58,070 nucleotides of DNA from a virus (taxonomy: Duplodnaviria > Caudoviricetes). The translations under genes were made by a program, and so were the position numbers. Each line of letters starts with the position of its first letter. Position 1 is the first letter of the stretch. Below are positions 46,298 through 56,704 of the stretch, piece by piece. Location of the stretch: positions 1 through 58,070 of IMG/VR virus record IMGVR_UViG_3300048583_000114; one strand, given 5' to 3'. The notes under the pieces are model-generated. The model was not told the origin of the DNA and ran no database searches. It saw nothing but the letters and a program-made list of their open reading frames with translations.

Positions 46298-47241
46298 TGG
46301 AACACCCCCGTGTTCTTGCCGGTGCTCATGCGAGTCGGGCGCAGGTTGATGGCACCCGTGCTACCAGAGGGCATGCCCGGCGCGTTTGGCGTGCCGGTGA
46401 TGAACGGCTGCGAGTCACCGAGGTTGGCGTTCACCGGTGCGCCCGGTGCTGCGCGCTCCATGTTGAACGCGGAGATGCCCCCGCCGCCCAGCGTAGCCGG
46501 CTGCGGAGCCGACATGCCGCCGGTGGCGCCCGGTGCGTAGGCGCTGCTCATGTCCGGCGCGGACGGCGCGGTCAGCTTGTCGACCAGTGCCATGCCGAGG
46601 TTGGTGGCGATCTGGGTGCCCATCTTGTTGCCGAACGACCCGATGGCCCCGGGCAGCGAGTCTGCGAACGACGGGGTGGCCCCGCCAAACGACCCGCCGC
46701 GCGCCGAGAACCCCACCTTGTCGGCCGTGTCCAGTACAAAGCCCTGCCCGGTGTTCGACCCACCCGGCGCCTTGAAGCCCAGCCCCGAGTCGCCCCCGCC
46801 GATCGACGTGCCCCCACCACCCATGGCGCCGGACAGCCAGTCCACCGCAGTCGATCCGGCCGTGGTCATCGCATCGCCGGTAACTGCACCGCCGATCGCA
46901 CCCCCCAGCCCGCCCTTGATCGCGCCTGCGAGGCCGCCGATGCCTGCCCCGAGCAGGTTGCCGGAGCCGAGCGATGCCAGCGGAGCCAGCGTCCCTGTCT
47001 GCGCAACCTGCGTAGCAGTGCCCAGCAACGAGCCGGGCTGCGCGCCGAAGTACCCCGTGGCCGCGCCGAGCGCCGCACCCTTCAGGCCCCCGCCACCGGA
47101 TGCTCCCAGCCCCGCGCCCAGCGCGCCAGCAGCCCAGCCAGCATTCGCCGCCGTCATCAGACCGAAGCCTACCGGTCCCAGCGCCAAGCCAACTGCCGAC
47201 GGCAGGACGCTCTTGATCAGTGATTTCGCTTTACCGCCCAT
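46294..47241 (-). CDS. Gly-rich putative DNA injection protein
   Basis: MGGK start with GAGG RBS; hydrophobic Gly/Ala repeats. Confidence 0.6.
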   Translation of the reverse strand: MGGKAKSLIKSVLPSAVGLALGPVGFGLMTAANAGWAAGALGAGLGASGGGGLKGAALGAATGYFGAQPGSLLGTATQVAQTGTLAPLASLGSGNLLGAGIGGLAGAIKGGLGGAIGGAVTGDAMTTAGSTAVDWLSGAMGGGGTSIGGGDSGLGFKAPGGSNTGQGFVLDTADKVGFSARGGSFGGATPSFADSLPGAIGSFGNKMGTQIATNLGMALVDKLTAPSAPDMSSAYAPGATGGMSAPQPATLGGGGISAFNMERAAPGAPVNANLGDSQPFITGTPNAPGMPSGSTGAINLRPTRMSTGKNTGVFQ

Positions 47242-47659
47242 CGTCGACCTCCAGTTCAAGGACCGCCGCCGCGCGGGCAAAGCCCAGCCGCATCCACAGC
47301 CGCTCCGTTCCGGCGCTGGTCGCCTCTGCCCGGATCACGGAACAGCGCTGCTCGCGCGCCCAGTCCAGCAGGGACGGCAGCCACTCGCCGATCCATTCAC
47401 CGGTGGCGGACAGCACCACGGCAATGTTGCGCATCGGCCCGATGTGGGTCTGGCACAAGGCCCACCCATGGATCGTGGCCGTCTCGTCTTCGTCGTCCAT
47501 GGCGCCCAGCAGGGTGAGCTGGTCGTTGCACAGCAGCAGTCGGCAGATGTCCGGCGTCAGGTCGAGCGCAGAGCGACCCATGCCCGCGACAAGGCGCTCG
47601 CCCCACTCGGGCCAGAGGGTCTCGATGTCGGCTGGCTGGGCCTGCACTAGATACTTCAC
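47231..47659 (-). CDS. GNAT-like tail assembly protein
   Basis: WAREQRC..I, W.RLGF; usual position after the tail tube in podoviruses. Confidence 0.5.
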   Translation of the reverse strand: MKYLVQAQPADIETLWPEWGERLVAGMGRSALDLTPDICRLLLCNDQLTLLGAMDDEDETATIHGWALCQTHIGPMRNIAVVLSATGEWIGEWLPSLLDWAREQRCSVIRAEATSAGTERLWMRLGFARAAAVLELEVDDGR

Positions 47660-47922
47660 GGCTTCATCTCCGCTAGAAGCGCCCGAACGGTGTCGGCTAG
47701 CGCTTGCGTTGATGCCGCGAGGGCTGCCAGCGTTGTTCCGTTGATGCTGCCCGGATACGCTGTCTCGATGTCTCCCCGTAGTATCGCATGGTTACCCCGG
47801 TCCCCTGCAAGTGCTGCAAGGAGTTCGACGTTCTCTTTCAGGCTGGCCAAGAAGTCGATCAGCTCCGGGTTGTCCAGCGACCCGGGCACCGACGGTAGCG
47901 CAACAAAGTCCCTACGCGGCAT
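47656..47922 (-). CDS. Hypothetical tail-associated protein
   Basis: LPSVP...FLASLKENVELL; follows the tail tube gene. Confidence 0.6.
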   Translation of the reverse strand: MPRRDFVALPSVPGSLDNPELIDFLASLKENVELLAALAGDRGNHAILRGDIETAYPGSINGTTLAALAASTQALADTVRALLAEMKP

Positions 47923-50221
47923 CGAGTTGCTCCAGTTGGTAGGGGGTCTCGGCGATCAGCACGGCGTCTATGTCCAGCGCGGCGCTCACGCGGAACGACC
48001 ACGTGTCTGCCCGGAACCCCGTCGGCAGGCGGAAGGTGGTGTCCAGCGCGACGAACCGCTGCCAGTACAGGTTGCCGTCGACGTAGACCTGAAACAGCAC
48101 TGATTGCGAGGCCGAGATCAGCGGGCGAAGGTAATCACCCGCAACTTCCAGCGTGGCCACGTCCGCGCCGGCGACATCCCCACCGAGGTCGGTGAGCGCT
48201 TCGTTGGCGGCGATGATCGCCGCGAGGGCTGCTTCTGGGTCCACGTCGGTCCGTCCGTAGATGCGCGCTGCGCCGAGGTTGGAGGGCTTCGCCAGCGAGA
48301 ACTCCTTGCTGTGCCAGTCCTGCACCGCGTAGGGCTCGTCCGGGTGGTCCCACAGGTCGAGGTCCGATCCCAGCACGAAGAAGAACTCGCCAGTGGTCAG
48401 ATCGGAGTAGCCGGCGTCGGCATAGATGTCGGTGCGCACCAGCAACGGCAGCCGGTCCGACGCGCTCTGGAAGATGAACGACTCGCGGGTGCCGTCCGGC
48501 CGGGTGAAGTGGCCGAAGTATTTGCCGTCGTAGAAGCGCCCGTACAGCGTCTCGGGATAGAACTCGCGCCAGTCATCCCGGGTCATCAGCTGCGCCGTGG
48601 CGAGGCGAGGCGCCACACCGGACACATAGACCAGCCCCTCGTAGGAGGCGTACAGCACGCCGGCGCCCATGTTCACCATCGACCGCTTACTCACGCACGG
48701 GTACGGCACGTCCAGCAGTCGCATCGTCACCGAGGACGGATGGTTGCCGGAGGCCAGATACGGACGCCCCTGCGTCGCCACCACGACCGAGTTACCCACG
48801 GCGCCCAGCGCCACGATCGGCGTGTCGGTCGCGTACCGGTAGGCCGGCGGCCACGCCCACGGCTTGTTCGGCTCGCTGAAGCACAGCTCGTTGCCGCGGA
48901 AGCCGGCGGTCATGCCGTTGGTCAGGTTGATGATGCCCTTCAGGTCGGCGGGCGGCGCGTCGAAGAACGTCGACTCCAGCACCTCGCCCAGCCCAGAGTC
49001 GACCACGTTGTCGGTAAACGACCCGCTGGAGCCCAGCAGCGTGATCTCGGTCACGAACTGGTAGAACGTGCCGCGGTTGCCGGTGTTGGTCCGGTACAGG
49101 CGAATCTTCTTGATGTTGTGGTTGCCCGCCGGCGGCGCCGTGGGCAGCCCGCTGACCACCACCCGCTGGCCCGAGGTGTGCACCAGCAGCGCGCTCGTCG
49201 CCGAGGGCTTGGACTGCTCGCCCCACTCCGACACCCATGTGTACACCCACGTCTTGAAGCCACTGGTGATCGTCGATGCGCCGAACGCGGTTCCGTTGCA
49301 GGTGATGACCCCGACCTCGCCGGACTTGATCACGAGCGACGCGGCGCCGTTGATAAGCTCGCCGCCGGTGGTGTTGACCGTCAGGTCGCCGGTGCCCAGA
49401 TTGCGCACCACGGCGATGAAGGTGGCCGTGAGGGTAGCCGCTGCACTCAGCGTGAGCGTCCATGGCGTAGACGTGCAATCAATCGTCTTGCCAGAGTCCG
49501 CCGCGAGTACGGTGTATGTCGTCGCCTTGGGCAGTGAGTCGTAGGCAACGGTCGGTGGCGTGGTGGGCGCAGGAAGCCCCAGATCGAAGTGGTCATAGGG
49601 GTACTGGGTGACCACACCGGCCGCCCATGCGGTGGTGGAGATGGACTTGACCAGCACCTTCTGCCCGGGCAGCACGGTGAAGGACGTGCCGCCGTTGATC
49701 GTGTCGCCGCCGGTGCGCTGGATCGTGATGTTGCCCGAGGCCGCGTCGTTGTGCACGACGACTGCCCACTGCGGCCCGACCGTGTTCGCCAGAAACAGCG
49801 TGACGGTATAGGGCGCGGACACATACCGGATGGTCTTCTGGTAGTCGCCGATGACCGCCGTGTAGCTGGCCACCCGGTCGTTCACCACCCGGAACGTGGC
49901 GCGGGCGATGTCGGTCGTCTTCGGCACCCCGTCGCCGGTGTAGTAGATGCGCGTGTCGGTGATGCCGGCGACCGCCGCACGCACCACATCCACGTCGTTC
50001 GCCCACATCATCCAGTAGTAGGTGCCCGACTCGCTGAACGGGAACAGCGTCTTCGCGTTGGGGATGGAGGCTGCGAGGATGCGCTGCGGCTTGCGATACG
50101 GAATCAGCGCACCGGAGGTGATCTTGCAGTTGCGGGCGATCTGCCCGTAGCCGTCAGGCAGCAGGCGTGGGGCGACCCGCGGAGCTTCCCCGCCAAAGCG
50201 GTTCAGCTTGATTCCGATCAC
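47912..50221 (-). CDS. Tail tube/nozzle (packaged-DNA stabilisation) protein with inserted repeated modules
   Basis: FGGEAPR...LLP, YTWVSEWGEQSKPS, IRLYR, FSEP..PWAWP, CVSKRS, WHSKEF, FRLP; GTG start at 50221. Confidence 0.78.
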   Translation of the reverse strand: MIGIKLNRFGGEAPRVAPRLLPDGYGQIARNCKITSGALIPYRKPQRILAASIPNAKTLFPFSESGTYYWMMWANDVDVVRAAVAGITDTRIYYTGDGVPKTTDIARATFRVVNDRVASYTAVIGDYQKTIRYVSAPYTVTLFLANTVGPQWAVVVHNDAASGNITIQRTGGDTINGGTSFTVLPGQKVLVKSISTTAWAAGVVTQYPYDHFDLGLPAPTTPPTVAYDSLPKATTYTVLAADSGKTIDCTSTPWTLTLSAAATLTATFIAVVRNLGTGDLTVNTTGGELINGAASLVIKSGEVGVITCNGTAFGASTITSGFKTWVYTWVSEWGEQSKPSATSALLVHTSGQRVVVSGLPTAPPAGNHNIKKIRLYRTNTGNRGTFYQFVTEITLLGSSGSFTDNVVDSGLGEVLESTFFDAPPADLKGIINLTNGMTAGFRGNELCFSEPNKPWAWPPAYRYATDTPIVALGAVGNSVVVATQGRPYLASGNHPSSVTMRLLDVPYPCVSKRSMVNMGAGVLYASYEGLVYVSGVAPRLATAQLMTRDDWREFYPETLYGRFYDGKYFGHFTRPDGTRESFIFQSASDRLPLLVRTDIYADAGYSDLTTGEFFFVLGSDLDLWDHPDEPYAVQDWHSKEFSLAKPSNLGAARIYGRTDVDPEAALAAIIAANEALTDLGGDVAGADVATLEVAGDYLRPLISASQSVLFQVYVDGNLYWQRFVALDTTFRLPTGFRADTWSFRVSAALDIDAVLIAETPYQLEQLDAA

Positions 50222-52323
50222 AGCACACGCACCCACGCCCGGCCGTCGGGCAGAACCTTCCACACCTTGCCGACGACATGCGGGTCATCCCCCGACGTGG
50301 TAGCCGCTGGCAGAATCTTGCCGTCCGCGCCGCGCGCAGCCCGAACGTACTCACCGCCATAGGAGCCCTTCAGGTTCACCGGCACCTGCCCGGCGAACGA
50401 CAGCTGAACGTACCGGCTCTCGTCATCCCCCTCGGCGATCTCCGCGCCCACGAATGCCGGCGCCGTCGAGACGATCATGAAGGAGTGCGCCAGCGCGTGC
50501 TGGTCGGTCACCTCGCCATAACCGTCGATGCCCACGACATCGCCGGGGGCTACCGGGCCGCAGTCTGTGCGCTTGCGTACGCACTCGGCATAGTCCAACC
50601 CCCCACCGACAATCGTGCCGCCGGCCGTGATCGACCGCCCCGTGCTGGTCACGGTGCCGAGCTTGAGCACCGCGGCGCCTGCGTTCCATCCGGCGCCATC
50701 GGCCGTGTAGAACGACGTGTTCTGGTAGATGCCGGACTTGAAGCCGATGCGCAGAATCTCCTCGCCGGCGCTCACTGCCTTGTCACCAGACAGCGAGTGG
50801 AACACCCCGCCCGGCAAACCCGCAGCCCGCGCGCCCGCGTAGATGCGATCCGCCGCCACCGTGGCGGCGTTGAACGTGCGCTTGCCAAGATCGGTGCCTT
50901 CGGCGTAGCCCAGCTCGTCGCCGAGGTACACGCCGTGCTCGATGTACATGCGGTTGGTGTTCTCGGTGGTGGCGAACACGCCAGCGCTGACCGTGGCCAG
51001 CCCGAGGCGACCACGCGGGTCGTTCGGGTTCGGGTCGAGAATCTCCGCGTTGATGCCGGCGTACACTGCATCCACGCCCAGTGAACCCGTCAAGCGCCCA
51101 GCGAAGGCGATGTTGCCCGTCGGGCTGTTCACCGGCGGGTTGGCGATGTCGCGGCAGATGAGCATCGTCGGGCCGGCATCGAGCTGATCGTTGCCGCCCG
51201 CGTCGATTTGGACATATGGGGGCAGCGCGTAGCCGGAGCCGCCGAGCCCCAGCGTGATGCCAGTGACCGAGCGGTCTTGGTACGCCGTGGCCGTTGCGCC
51301 ACTGCCACCGCCGCCAGTGATCGACACGCCCGGCGTGCTGGTGTACCCGGTGCCCTTATTGAACAGGTGGATGCCGGTGACGATCCCGCCCTTGACCACA
51401 GCGGCCGCAGTCGCACCAGACCCGCCGCCGCCACTGATCGTCACAGTTGGTGCGCTGGTGTAGCCGCTGCCGCCGTTCGTGACCTTGATGTAGTAGAGCG
51501 GCACTGCTCCGCCGGTGATCGTCGTGGTCGCCGTGGCCCCGCTGCCGGGACCGCCGTTCGCCGGGATGAACGTAACCGCCGGCGCCGTGTTGTACCCGCG
51601 GCCGCCGAGCTGAAGGGTCACCGCACTCACCGCGTCGCCGGTCAGCGTCGACGTGGCCCACGCACCGAGGCGCTTGTTGTTGTTGCTGATCCAGTAGATG
51701 TTCTGTGCGTTCTGGAACCAGAAGTCCGAATCGCACCCGTACGGCTGCCCGCCGTTGGCGAACCCTTGGTTCGGCACCAGCGTGATGCCCGGCTCGACGC
51801 GGTTGTAGTCGTAGTTGTCGAAGATGCGGATCAGCGCACGCTTGCTGGAGAACGACCCGTCCGCGCTCAGGTTGTTCTGCAGCTCGATGCCCCCGCCCGG
51901 CAGGCCGAGCACACCGGTGACGCCCGACACCGCCGACCAGCGGAACAGGCCGCTTTCGTCGTCATCCAGCGTGGAGTTGTCGAACTTGAACGTGTCGACC
52001 GCCGTGATGTCGTTGGAGTCGACGAACTCCGAGAAGTCCTGCGCGGTCACCCGGTGCGACACGACGCTGCCGCTGGCGAAGGCCGTGGGCGTGGTGCCTT
52101 CCTGCCCGCGCACGATGGTCAGTACATCGCCCGACCGCGCCGTGCACTGGCAGATTTCGCGCACCGTGGTCGTGACATTGACCAGCACCAGCCGGAAGGT
52201 TTCCCCGACGCCCAGCGACGGGAACCGCGAGCCATGACCGGAGGCCACCGTCAGCGTCAGGTCGGAATCCGAGATGCCCGACGCGAGCGTCGAGCTGGCG
52301 AAGTTGGCGAATTTGCGAGCCAT
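50218..52323 (-). CDS. Tail fibre/spike protein
   Basis: N-terminal FANFASSTLA...RGQEGT anchor, several GGSGYT.APTV repeats, C-terminal G.DYAE chaperone/autoproteolytic-like domain. Confidence 0.75.
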   Translation of the reverse strand: MARKFANFASSTLASGISDSDLTLTVASGHGSRFPSLGVGETFRLVLVNVTTTVREICQCTARSGDVLTIVRGQEGTTPTAFASGSVVSHRVTAQDFSEFVDSNDITAVDTFKFDNSTLDDDESGLFRWSAVSGVTGVLGLPGGGIELQNNLSADGSFSSKRALIRIFDNYDYNRVEPGITLVPNQGFANGGQPYGCDSDFWFQNAQNIYWISNNNKRLGAWATSTLTGDAVSAVTLQLGGRGYNTAPAVTFIPANGGPGSGATATTTITGGAVPLYYIKVTNGGSGYTSAPTVTISGGGGSGATAAAVVKGGIVTGIHLFNKGTGYTSTPGVSITGGGGSGATATAYQDRSVTGITLGLGGSGYALPPYVQIDAGGNDQLDAGPTMLICRDIANPPVNSPTGNIAFAGRLTGSLGVDAVYAGINAEILDPNPNDPRGRLGLATVSAGVFATTENTNRMYIEHGVYLGDELGYAEGTDLGKRTFNAATVAADRIYAGARAAGLPGGVFHSLSGDKAVSAGEEILRIGFKSGIYQNTSFYTADGAGWNAGAAVLKLGTVTSTGRSITAGGTIVGGGLDYAECVRKRTDCGPVAPGDVVGIDGYGEVTDQHALAHSFMIVSTAPAFVGAEIAEGDDESRYVQLSFAGQVPVNLKGSYGGEYVRAARGADGKILPAATTSGDDPHVVGKVWKVLPDGRAWVRVL

Positions 52324-52955
52324 CAGGCAAACCTCCGAAGTTGCGGGTGCGACGTGCGGCCCACGTTGCCGCGATTACCGGCCGCCATTCCATCCGTGAT
52401 CGCGCGGTTCCATAGCGCGAGCTGAACCTTCACCGTGTCGACATCCCGCCACGGCACGTTGGGCTGGGCTGCCAGCATCCACGCCGCGCCGGCGATGATG
52501 CCCTCGCGGTACCGGTCGATAATGGCGTCCGCCAGTCCGGCAGCAGCGCGCGTGGGCGCGGCCGTGTAGGCGATCACCAACGCGCTCGACACGGTCTCGT
52601 TCGGAATCGGGTGCAGCACGGCCTGCGTCCAGCTGGGGAACCGGATGGTGTTCGGCGCACCGGTAGCGGCCATCAGCCGGTCGGTATCTAGCGTGGTGGC
52701 CAGATCAACGACGCGCAGCGGGGCGCCGAGGTACGTCGCATGCTGGACCGTGCGCACCTCCACATCCGTAGGCAGGGTCAGGGTGTATGTCGAGGTGTTC
52801 GCCACGACGTTGATCGGGGCAAAGCTCAGTCGGTAGGCGTCGGTGCGGATGAAGAACTCGCGCGCCGCGCGCTGCAAGGCGTTGACAATGACCGGCTGCG
52901 GGCACCCGCCCACCAGCACATTCACGTCGGGTACCAGCGTCGTGTATGCAGCCAT
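52323..52955 (-). CDS. Head-tail adaptor/connector
   Basis: GCP..V...L..AAREF, I.AGA...L...PNVPW; position. Confidence 0.65.
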   Translation of the reverse strand: MAAYTTLVPDVNVLVGGCPQPVIVNALQRAAREFFIRTDAYRLSFAPINVVANTSTYTLTLPTDVEVRTVQHATYLGAPLRVVDLATTLDTDRLMAATGAPNTIRFPSWTQAVLHPIPNETVSSALVIAYTAAPTRAAAGLADAIIDRYREGIIAGAAWMLAAQPNVPWRDVDTVKVQLALWNRAITDGMAAGNRGNVGRTSHPQLRRFA

Positions 52956-53590
52956 TACTTGCCTTTCTGCTGGTTGCCGGCGTCCTCGTCATCGCTCAGG
53001 GCGCGCACCTGCAGCGACACGCCGAGCGCTTCCATGGCCCGCTGGTAGAACTTGTCCGCACGACCCGACATCACATTCTCGTTGTCGCCCCACTCCACTT
53101 CGGCCACCAGCATGTCGGCCGCCACCGGCAGGTAGCGATCGTCCAGCGGCAGCTGGTCGCCCAGCGCAGTCTCCGACGGCGCGATGGTGTACTCAGTCAC
53201 CAGAAGCTCGTCTCCCACCGCGGGCGGGTAGACGAAGAACACAGACGGGTTGCGCGGGTGGCGCACCCAGTTCACCGGCGGTGCCGGCGTGGCAGAGCGC
53301 CAGCTCGGCGCCTGCCGGTCCAGCGTCCCGCGATCAACTTCATCCACCACGGTGCCGCCGGCTACTTGGAAGATTTCCACCACACGCCCGCGGTTGGGAA
53401 CCGTCTGGATCGTGCCGGGGATGCAGGCAATGTTGCCGATGGTGGTGAACAGGTCCGGGCGGGCGATCGAGATGCGCAGCATCGCACGATGCAGGTACTT
53501 CGACAGCACCGCGTCGGAGTACCGCAGGAACGTAGCGTCCTCGTCCTGCAGCGTGGTGCGTGCCAGCTCGATAACCTGTGCCGGGGTCAT
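52955..53590 (-). CDS. Head-tail adaptor (DUF6682-like)
   Basis: LQDED...RYSD, RPDLF, FFVYPP. Confidence 0.65.
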   Translation of the reverse strand: MTPAQVIELARTTLQDEDATFLRYSDAVLSKYLHRAMLRISIARPDLFTTIGNIACIPGTIQTVPNRGRVVEIFQVAGGTVVDEVDRGTLDRQAPSWRSATPAPPVNWVRHPRNPSVFFVYPPAVGDELLVTEYTIAPSETALGDQLPLDDRYLPVAADMLVAEVEWGDNENVMSGRADKFYQRAMEALGVSLQVRALSDDEDAGNQQKGK

Positions 53591-53898
53591 TTCAGGATCG
53601 CATCGGCCACGGGCGAGACCGTAGCGCCATCGAGGCGAGCCAGCGCTTCATTGATGCCGCTGGTGCTGCCGGGCATCTGCGCCGGGAGTTCTTCGAGCGC
53701 CTTCACTCTGCGCGGGCGGCGGGACACCACGGAGGGGATCGCCTGCACCAGCTCGGCCATCGAATCGGACATCACCGGGGCGTAGCCTTCTTCCCACGGC
53801 AGCGGGCCGACCCACGGCTGGTAATCGGTTTCGTTGGCAGCCAGCGTATCGTTCCACGGGATGCACTCCCCGCTGGCCAGTTGACGAAGGTAGGGCAT
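53587..53898 (-). CDS. Hypothetical protein
   Basis: GGAG RBS, 103 aa, after the capsid terminator. Confidence 0.6.
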   Translation of the reverse strand: MPYLRQLASGECIPWNDTLAANETDYQPWVGPLPWEEGYAPVMSDSMAELVQAIPSVVSRRPRRVKALEELPAQMPGSTSGINEALARLDGATVSPVADAILK

Positions 53899-53909
53899 GT
53901 ATGTCTCCG

Positions 53910-53940
53910 AAAAAGACCCGGGGGCATTGCGGCCCCCGGG
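53910..53940 (-). terminator. Rho-independent terminator after the capsid genes
   Basis: Minus strand CCCGGGGGC-CGCAAT-GCCCCCGGG-TCTTTTT. Confidence 0.8.
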
Positions 53941-53997
53941 CTGAATCCCGCGGCTGGGGGAGGAGGAACCAGCGCGGGTGATCGCACTACCTGCCGG

Positions 53998-54441
53998 TTA
54001 CGACACCTCGCGCGGCGAGATCAGCAGCATCCAGACACTGATCTTGCCGTTGGTCATCGCGGCGGTGTTGATGGTGAGGCGCAGGTACGTCTGGGTGATG
54101 TACGCCTCGGCCGCCGAGAACGGCGCGGCCATGAACGACGCCGCCGCCCCGACTGCTGCCTTCGGGTTCAGCGAGGCGTTCAGGTACTGGGTGGCACCTG
54201 CCACGTCACCCAGCGACAGCGTGGGCGAGTTGGCGGTGGTATCGGGCACCAGAACCTCGATGCCCGCGGTCAGCACCATGGAGCCGGCCGGAATGGCGAA
54301 CACGTCGAACGTGTCGGCCGCGGCCTTGTTGGCGGTGATGGTGTTGAAGTCGATCGTGCGCTTCAACAGGCTCACCGAGTTGCTGGTGTACGGAGCACCC
54401 GGCCCTACGGACGTGGTGGACTCCAGAACGGTGTTTGGCAT
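53998..54441 (-). CDS. Putative capsid decoration/cement protein
   Basis: 147-aa beta-rich protein (IPAGSMVL) right after the MCP. Confidence 0.6.
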   Translation of the reverse strand: MPNTVLESTTSVGPGAPYTSNSVSLLKRTIDFNTITANKAAADTFDVFAIPAGSMVLTAGIEVLVPDTTANSPTLSLGDVAGATQYLNASLNPKAAVGAAASFMAAPFSAAEAYITQTYLRLTINTAAMTNGKISVWMLLISPREVS

Positions 54442-54462
54442 GATTGAATCTCCGGTGAGGGA

Positions 54463-55383
54463 TTACTGACGGACGTAGGCGCGGGCCAGAGCATCGCCCT
54501 TGACGATCTTGTAGCCGTAGACCTGCAGGCCACGCATGATCGTGCCGAACGTCGACTCGCCGCGGAGGGTCTCGGTGTTCGTGAACTGCGACGCGAACGC
54601 GAGGCCGACCTGATGACCGGCGAGTATGTCGTGGGTAGTGACGCCGTCGGTGTAGCGGCCAAGCAGGTTGCTGACGTACACCGTGAAGCGGTCGATCATC
54701 CCGACGCGCCCGTTGCGCATGATCGAGGTGCCGTCACCCGCCAGCGAGGCATCCTTGAGGTCGGACTTCTTGATCAGCGCCGCGGCCCACGCCGGCATGA
54801 CCACGAAGCGGCCGGTCTCGGGGATGTTCTGCTCATCCAGCACGGTGCCGAGGTCGACGATCTTGTCGAGGATGTTGCTCTTGGTCAGCTGGAACGGCGA
54901 ACCGGTGACGCCGAGGTCGATGCTCTGCGAGATGCGCCCCGCCGTCGCGCCGCGGTTGGCGGCAACGATGTCGGTACTCACCGCGACGTTGAGCAGCACG
55001 TCGGAGTCGATGGTGATCTTCAGCTGCTCGGATGCGTCGGACGACCACATGTTCATCTGGTCGATGTCGTTCTGCACCTTCGCCACGTCATCGAGCACGA
55101 CTTGGAAATACTTGCCCTTGTCGATGTTCAGCTCGACGATCGGCGACTCAGGGCGGTCGACCGTCAGGTTCTGGTTCATCACGTAGTTGCGGATGACGAT
55201 GCTGGGGACGGTGCGAATCTTGACCTTGTCGCCCATCGACTTGATCTCGCCCTCGTAGGTCGAGTTCGAGATGAACGGCAGGACGCTGGCGTCGTAGAAC
55301 TTCTCCAGCAGTTTGCCGGACCAGATTTCTGGGGTGAAGGTACCCGAGTAATTCGGGGTACCGGGCGCGGCTGCGTACGGCAT
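54463..55383 (-). CDS. Major capsid protein
   Basis: FTPEIWSGKLL, YEGEI...GDKVKI, G.IDRF.VY.SN, RGLQVYG. Confidence 0.9.
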   Translation of the reverse strand: MPYAAAPGTPNYSGTFTPEIWSGKLLEKFYDASVLPFISNSTYEGEIKSMGDKVKIRTVPSIVIRNYVMNQNLTVDRPESPIVELNIDKGKYFQVVLDDVAKVQNDIDQMNMWSSDASEQLKITIDSDVLLNVAVSTDIVAANRGATAGRISQSIDLGVTGSPFQLTKSNILDKIVDLGTVLDEQNIPETGRFVVMPAWAAALIKKSDLKDASLAGDGTSIMRNGRVGMIDRFTVYVSNLLGRYTDGVTTHDILAGHQVGLAFASQFTNTETLRGESTFGTIMRGLQVYGYKIVKGDALARAYVRQ

Positions 55384-55405
55384 GATGGACCTCGTTGGTT
55401 ATGCG

Positions 55406-56440
55406 TCAGGCGGGGATGACCCGTCCTTCAGCTTGAGCTTTGAAGATGTCCGCCTCGATCCGCGCTGCTTCCGGCCCCTTCGCACGGCCTGCGACCTTGT
55501 CGTCGTAGAACCGCTTGATCTCCGAAGGGTGCCACATCCGGCCTTCGCCACGGGAGGTGGGCGGCGGTGCTTCTCCGCGCCGGGTCTCCGGGGTAGCTTG
55601 GTCGGCAAGTGTCCGCCGGGCCGGCTGTTGCTGCTGAGCCGGGTTCGTGTATTTCGCAGCACCGGGCCACGCGAAGAAGTACCGCGCCACCCGTTCTGCT
55701 GCCCACGCTTGCACAGCGCTGTCGAAGTCAGCCTTGAGGGGCCGACCGGTCAGCGGGTTCTCGGATTGCAGCCATTCGATGAACTCCAGATCGTTGTTCC
55801 ACGCTTCCAGATTCGGCACGAGCGCGGAGAGCTGGCTGTAGAAAGCCTGCTGCTTCTGCTCGGCTGATTCGGTCGCGACACCACGAACTGTGTCTTCGAG
55901 TTGCTTGTTGCGCTGCGCCAGTTCCTGAACCGTGCGCTGGAGCGATGCTGCCAGCTCCTTTGCTTCGTTCAATTCGGCGCCGACCACTTCTCGGGCCTTG
56001 CGCCCCACGACATCCAGAAATTCGGGCTGGTACTCCGCGATTTCTTCGGGGGTAAGGCCAGAGGCGGCAGGCGCCGTGCGCGCTGCAAGCCGTCTTTCCA
56101 GCTCGTCCAACCGGGCTGCGAGGTCACGGTTGTCCGATTGCAGGCGGGCGTTGGCTTGCGTCAACTCCTCGCGTGCGTCCAACAGGGGCTTGTGCATCCC
56201 CTGCAGGGTACGAAACTGTCTGAACAAGGCGTCGTATTCCGCCTTGGAAACTACCTCTCCGTCGATCTGCGCGGGCCGCGGGGGGCGCGCTTCGATCGCT
56301 TCGACATACTCCGGGGGCACACCTGTGTCCGTCGATTGTGGTGCCGGGGGTGCGTCCTCTGCAGCGGCCGGGGCCGTTGCTTCGCGGATCAGTCGGTCGG
56401 CTTCAGCAGCCGCATCTGCTACTTGCTTAGGCAGGGCCAT
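55406..56440 (-). CDS. Capsid scaffolding protein
   Basis: Coiled-coil, FRTLQGM, FIEWL, I..AQAEGRV C-terminus; directly upstream of the MCP. Confidence 0.75.
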   Translation of the reverse strand: MALPKQVADAAAEADRLIREATAPAAAEDAPPAPQSTDTGVPPEYVEAIEARPPRPAQIDGEVVSKAEYDALFRQFRTLQGMHKPLLDAREELTQANARLQSDNRDLAARLDELERRLAARTAPAASGLTPEEIAEYQPEFLDVVGRKAREVVGAELNEAKELAASLQRTVQELAQRNKQLEDTVRGVATESAEQKQQAFYSQLSALVPNLEAWNNDLEFIEWLQSENPLTGRPLKADFDSAVQAWAAERVARYFFAWPGAAKYTNPAQQQQPARRTLADQATPETRRGEAPPPTSRGEGRMWHPSEIKRFYDDKVAGRAKGPEAARIEADIFKAQAEGRVIPA

Positions 56441-56443
56441 ATC

Positions 56444-56704
56444 CTAGCTCTTGGTCAGCGCCCGCTCACACTCAGCGGGCAGTTGGAGAATCCGCTCCAG
56501 CGCCTCCACAGCCCCTTGGCTGCGGAAGATGGTCGGCGTATCGGTCGACGTGTTCAGGCGCGTCTGCGCCCGGTCACGTTCGTCACGAATGGACTTGGCG
56601 AACTCTGCCCACCCCATCGAGCGCGACAGCAGCACCACGGCGCGCGCCTGCTCCGGGCTCAACTGCCCCGGCATTGCAAACCGCTGTGGAACGACTGTGC
56701 TCAT
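56444..56704 (-). CDS. Small head-associated protein
   Basis: IFRSQG motif; first gene of the head operon. Confidence 0.6.
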   Translation of the reverse strand: MSTVVPQRFAMPGQLSPEQARAVVLLSRSMGWAEFAKSIRDERDRAQTRLNTSTDTPTIFRSQGAVEALERILQLPAECERALTKS

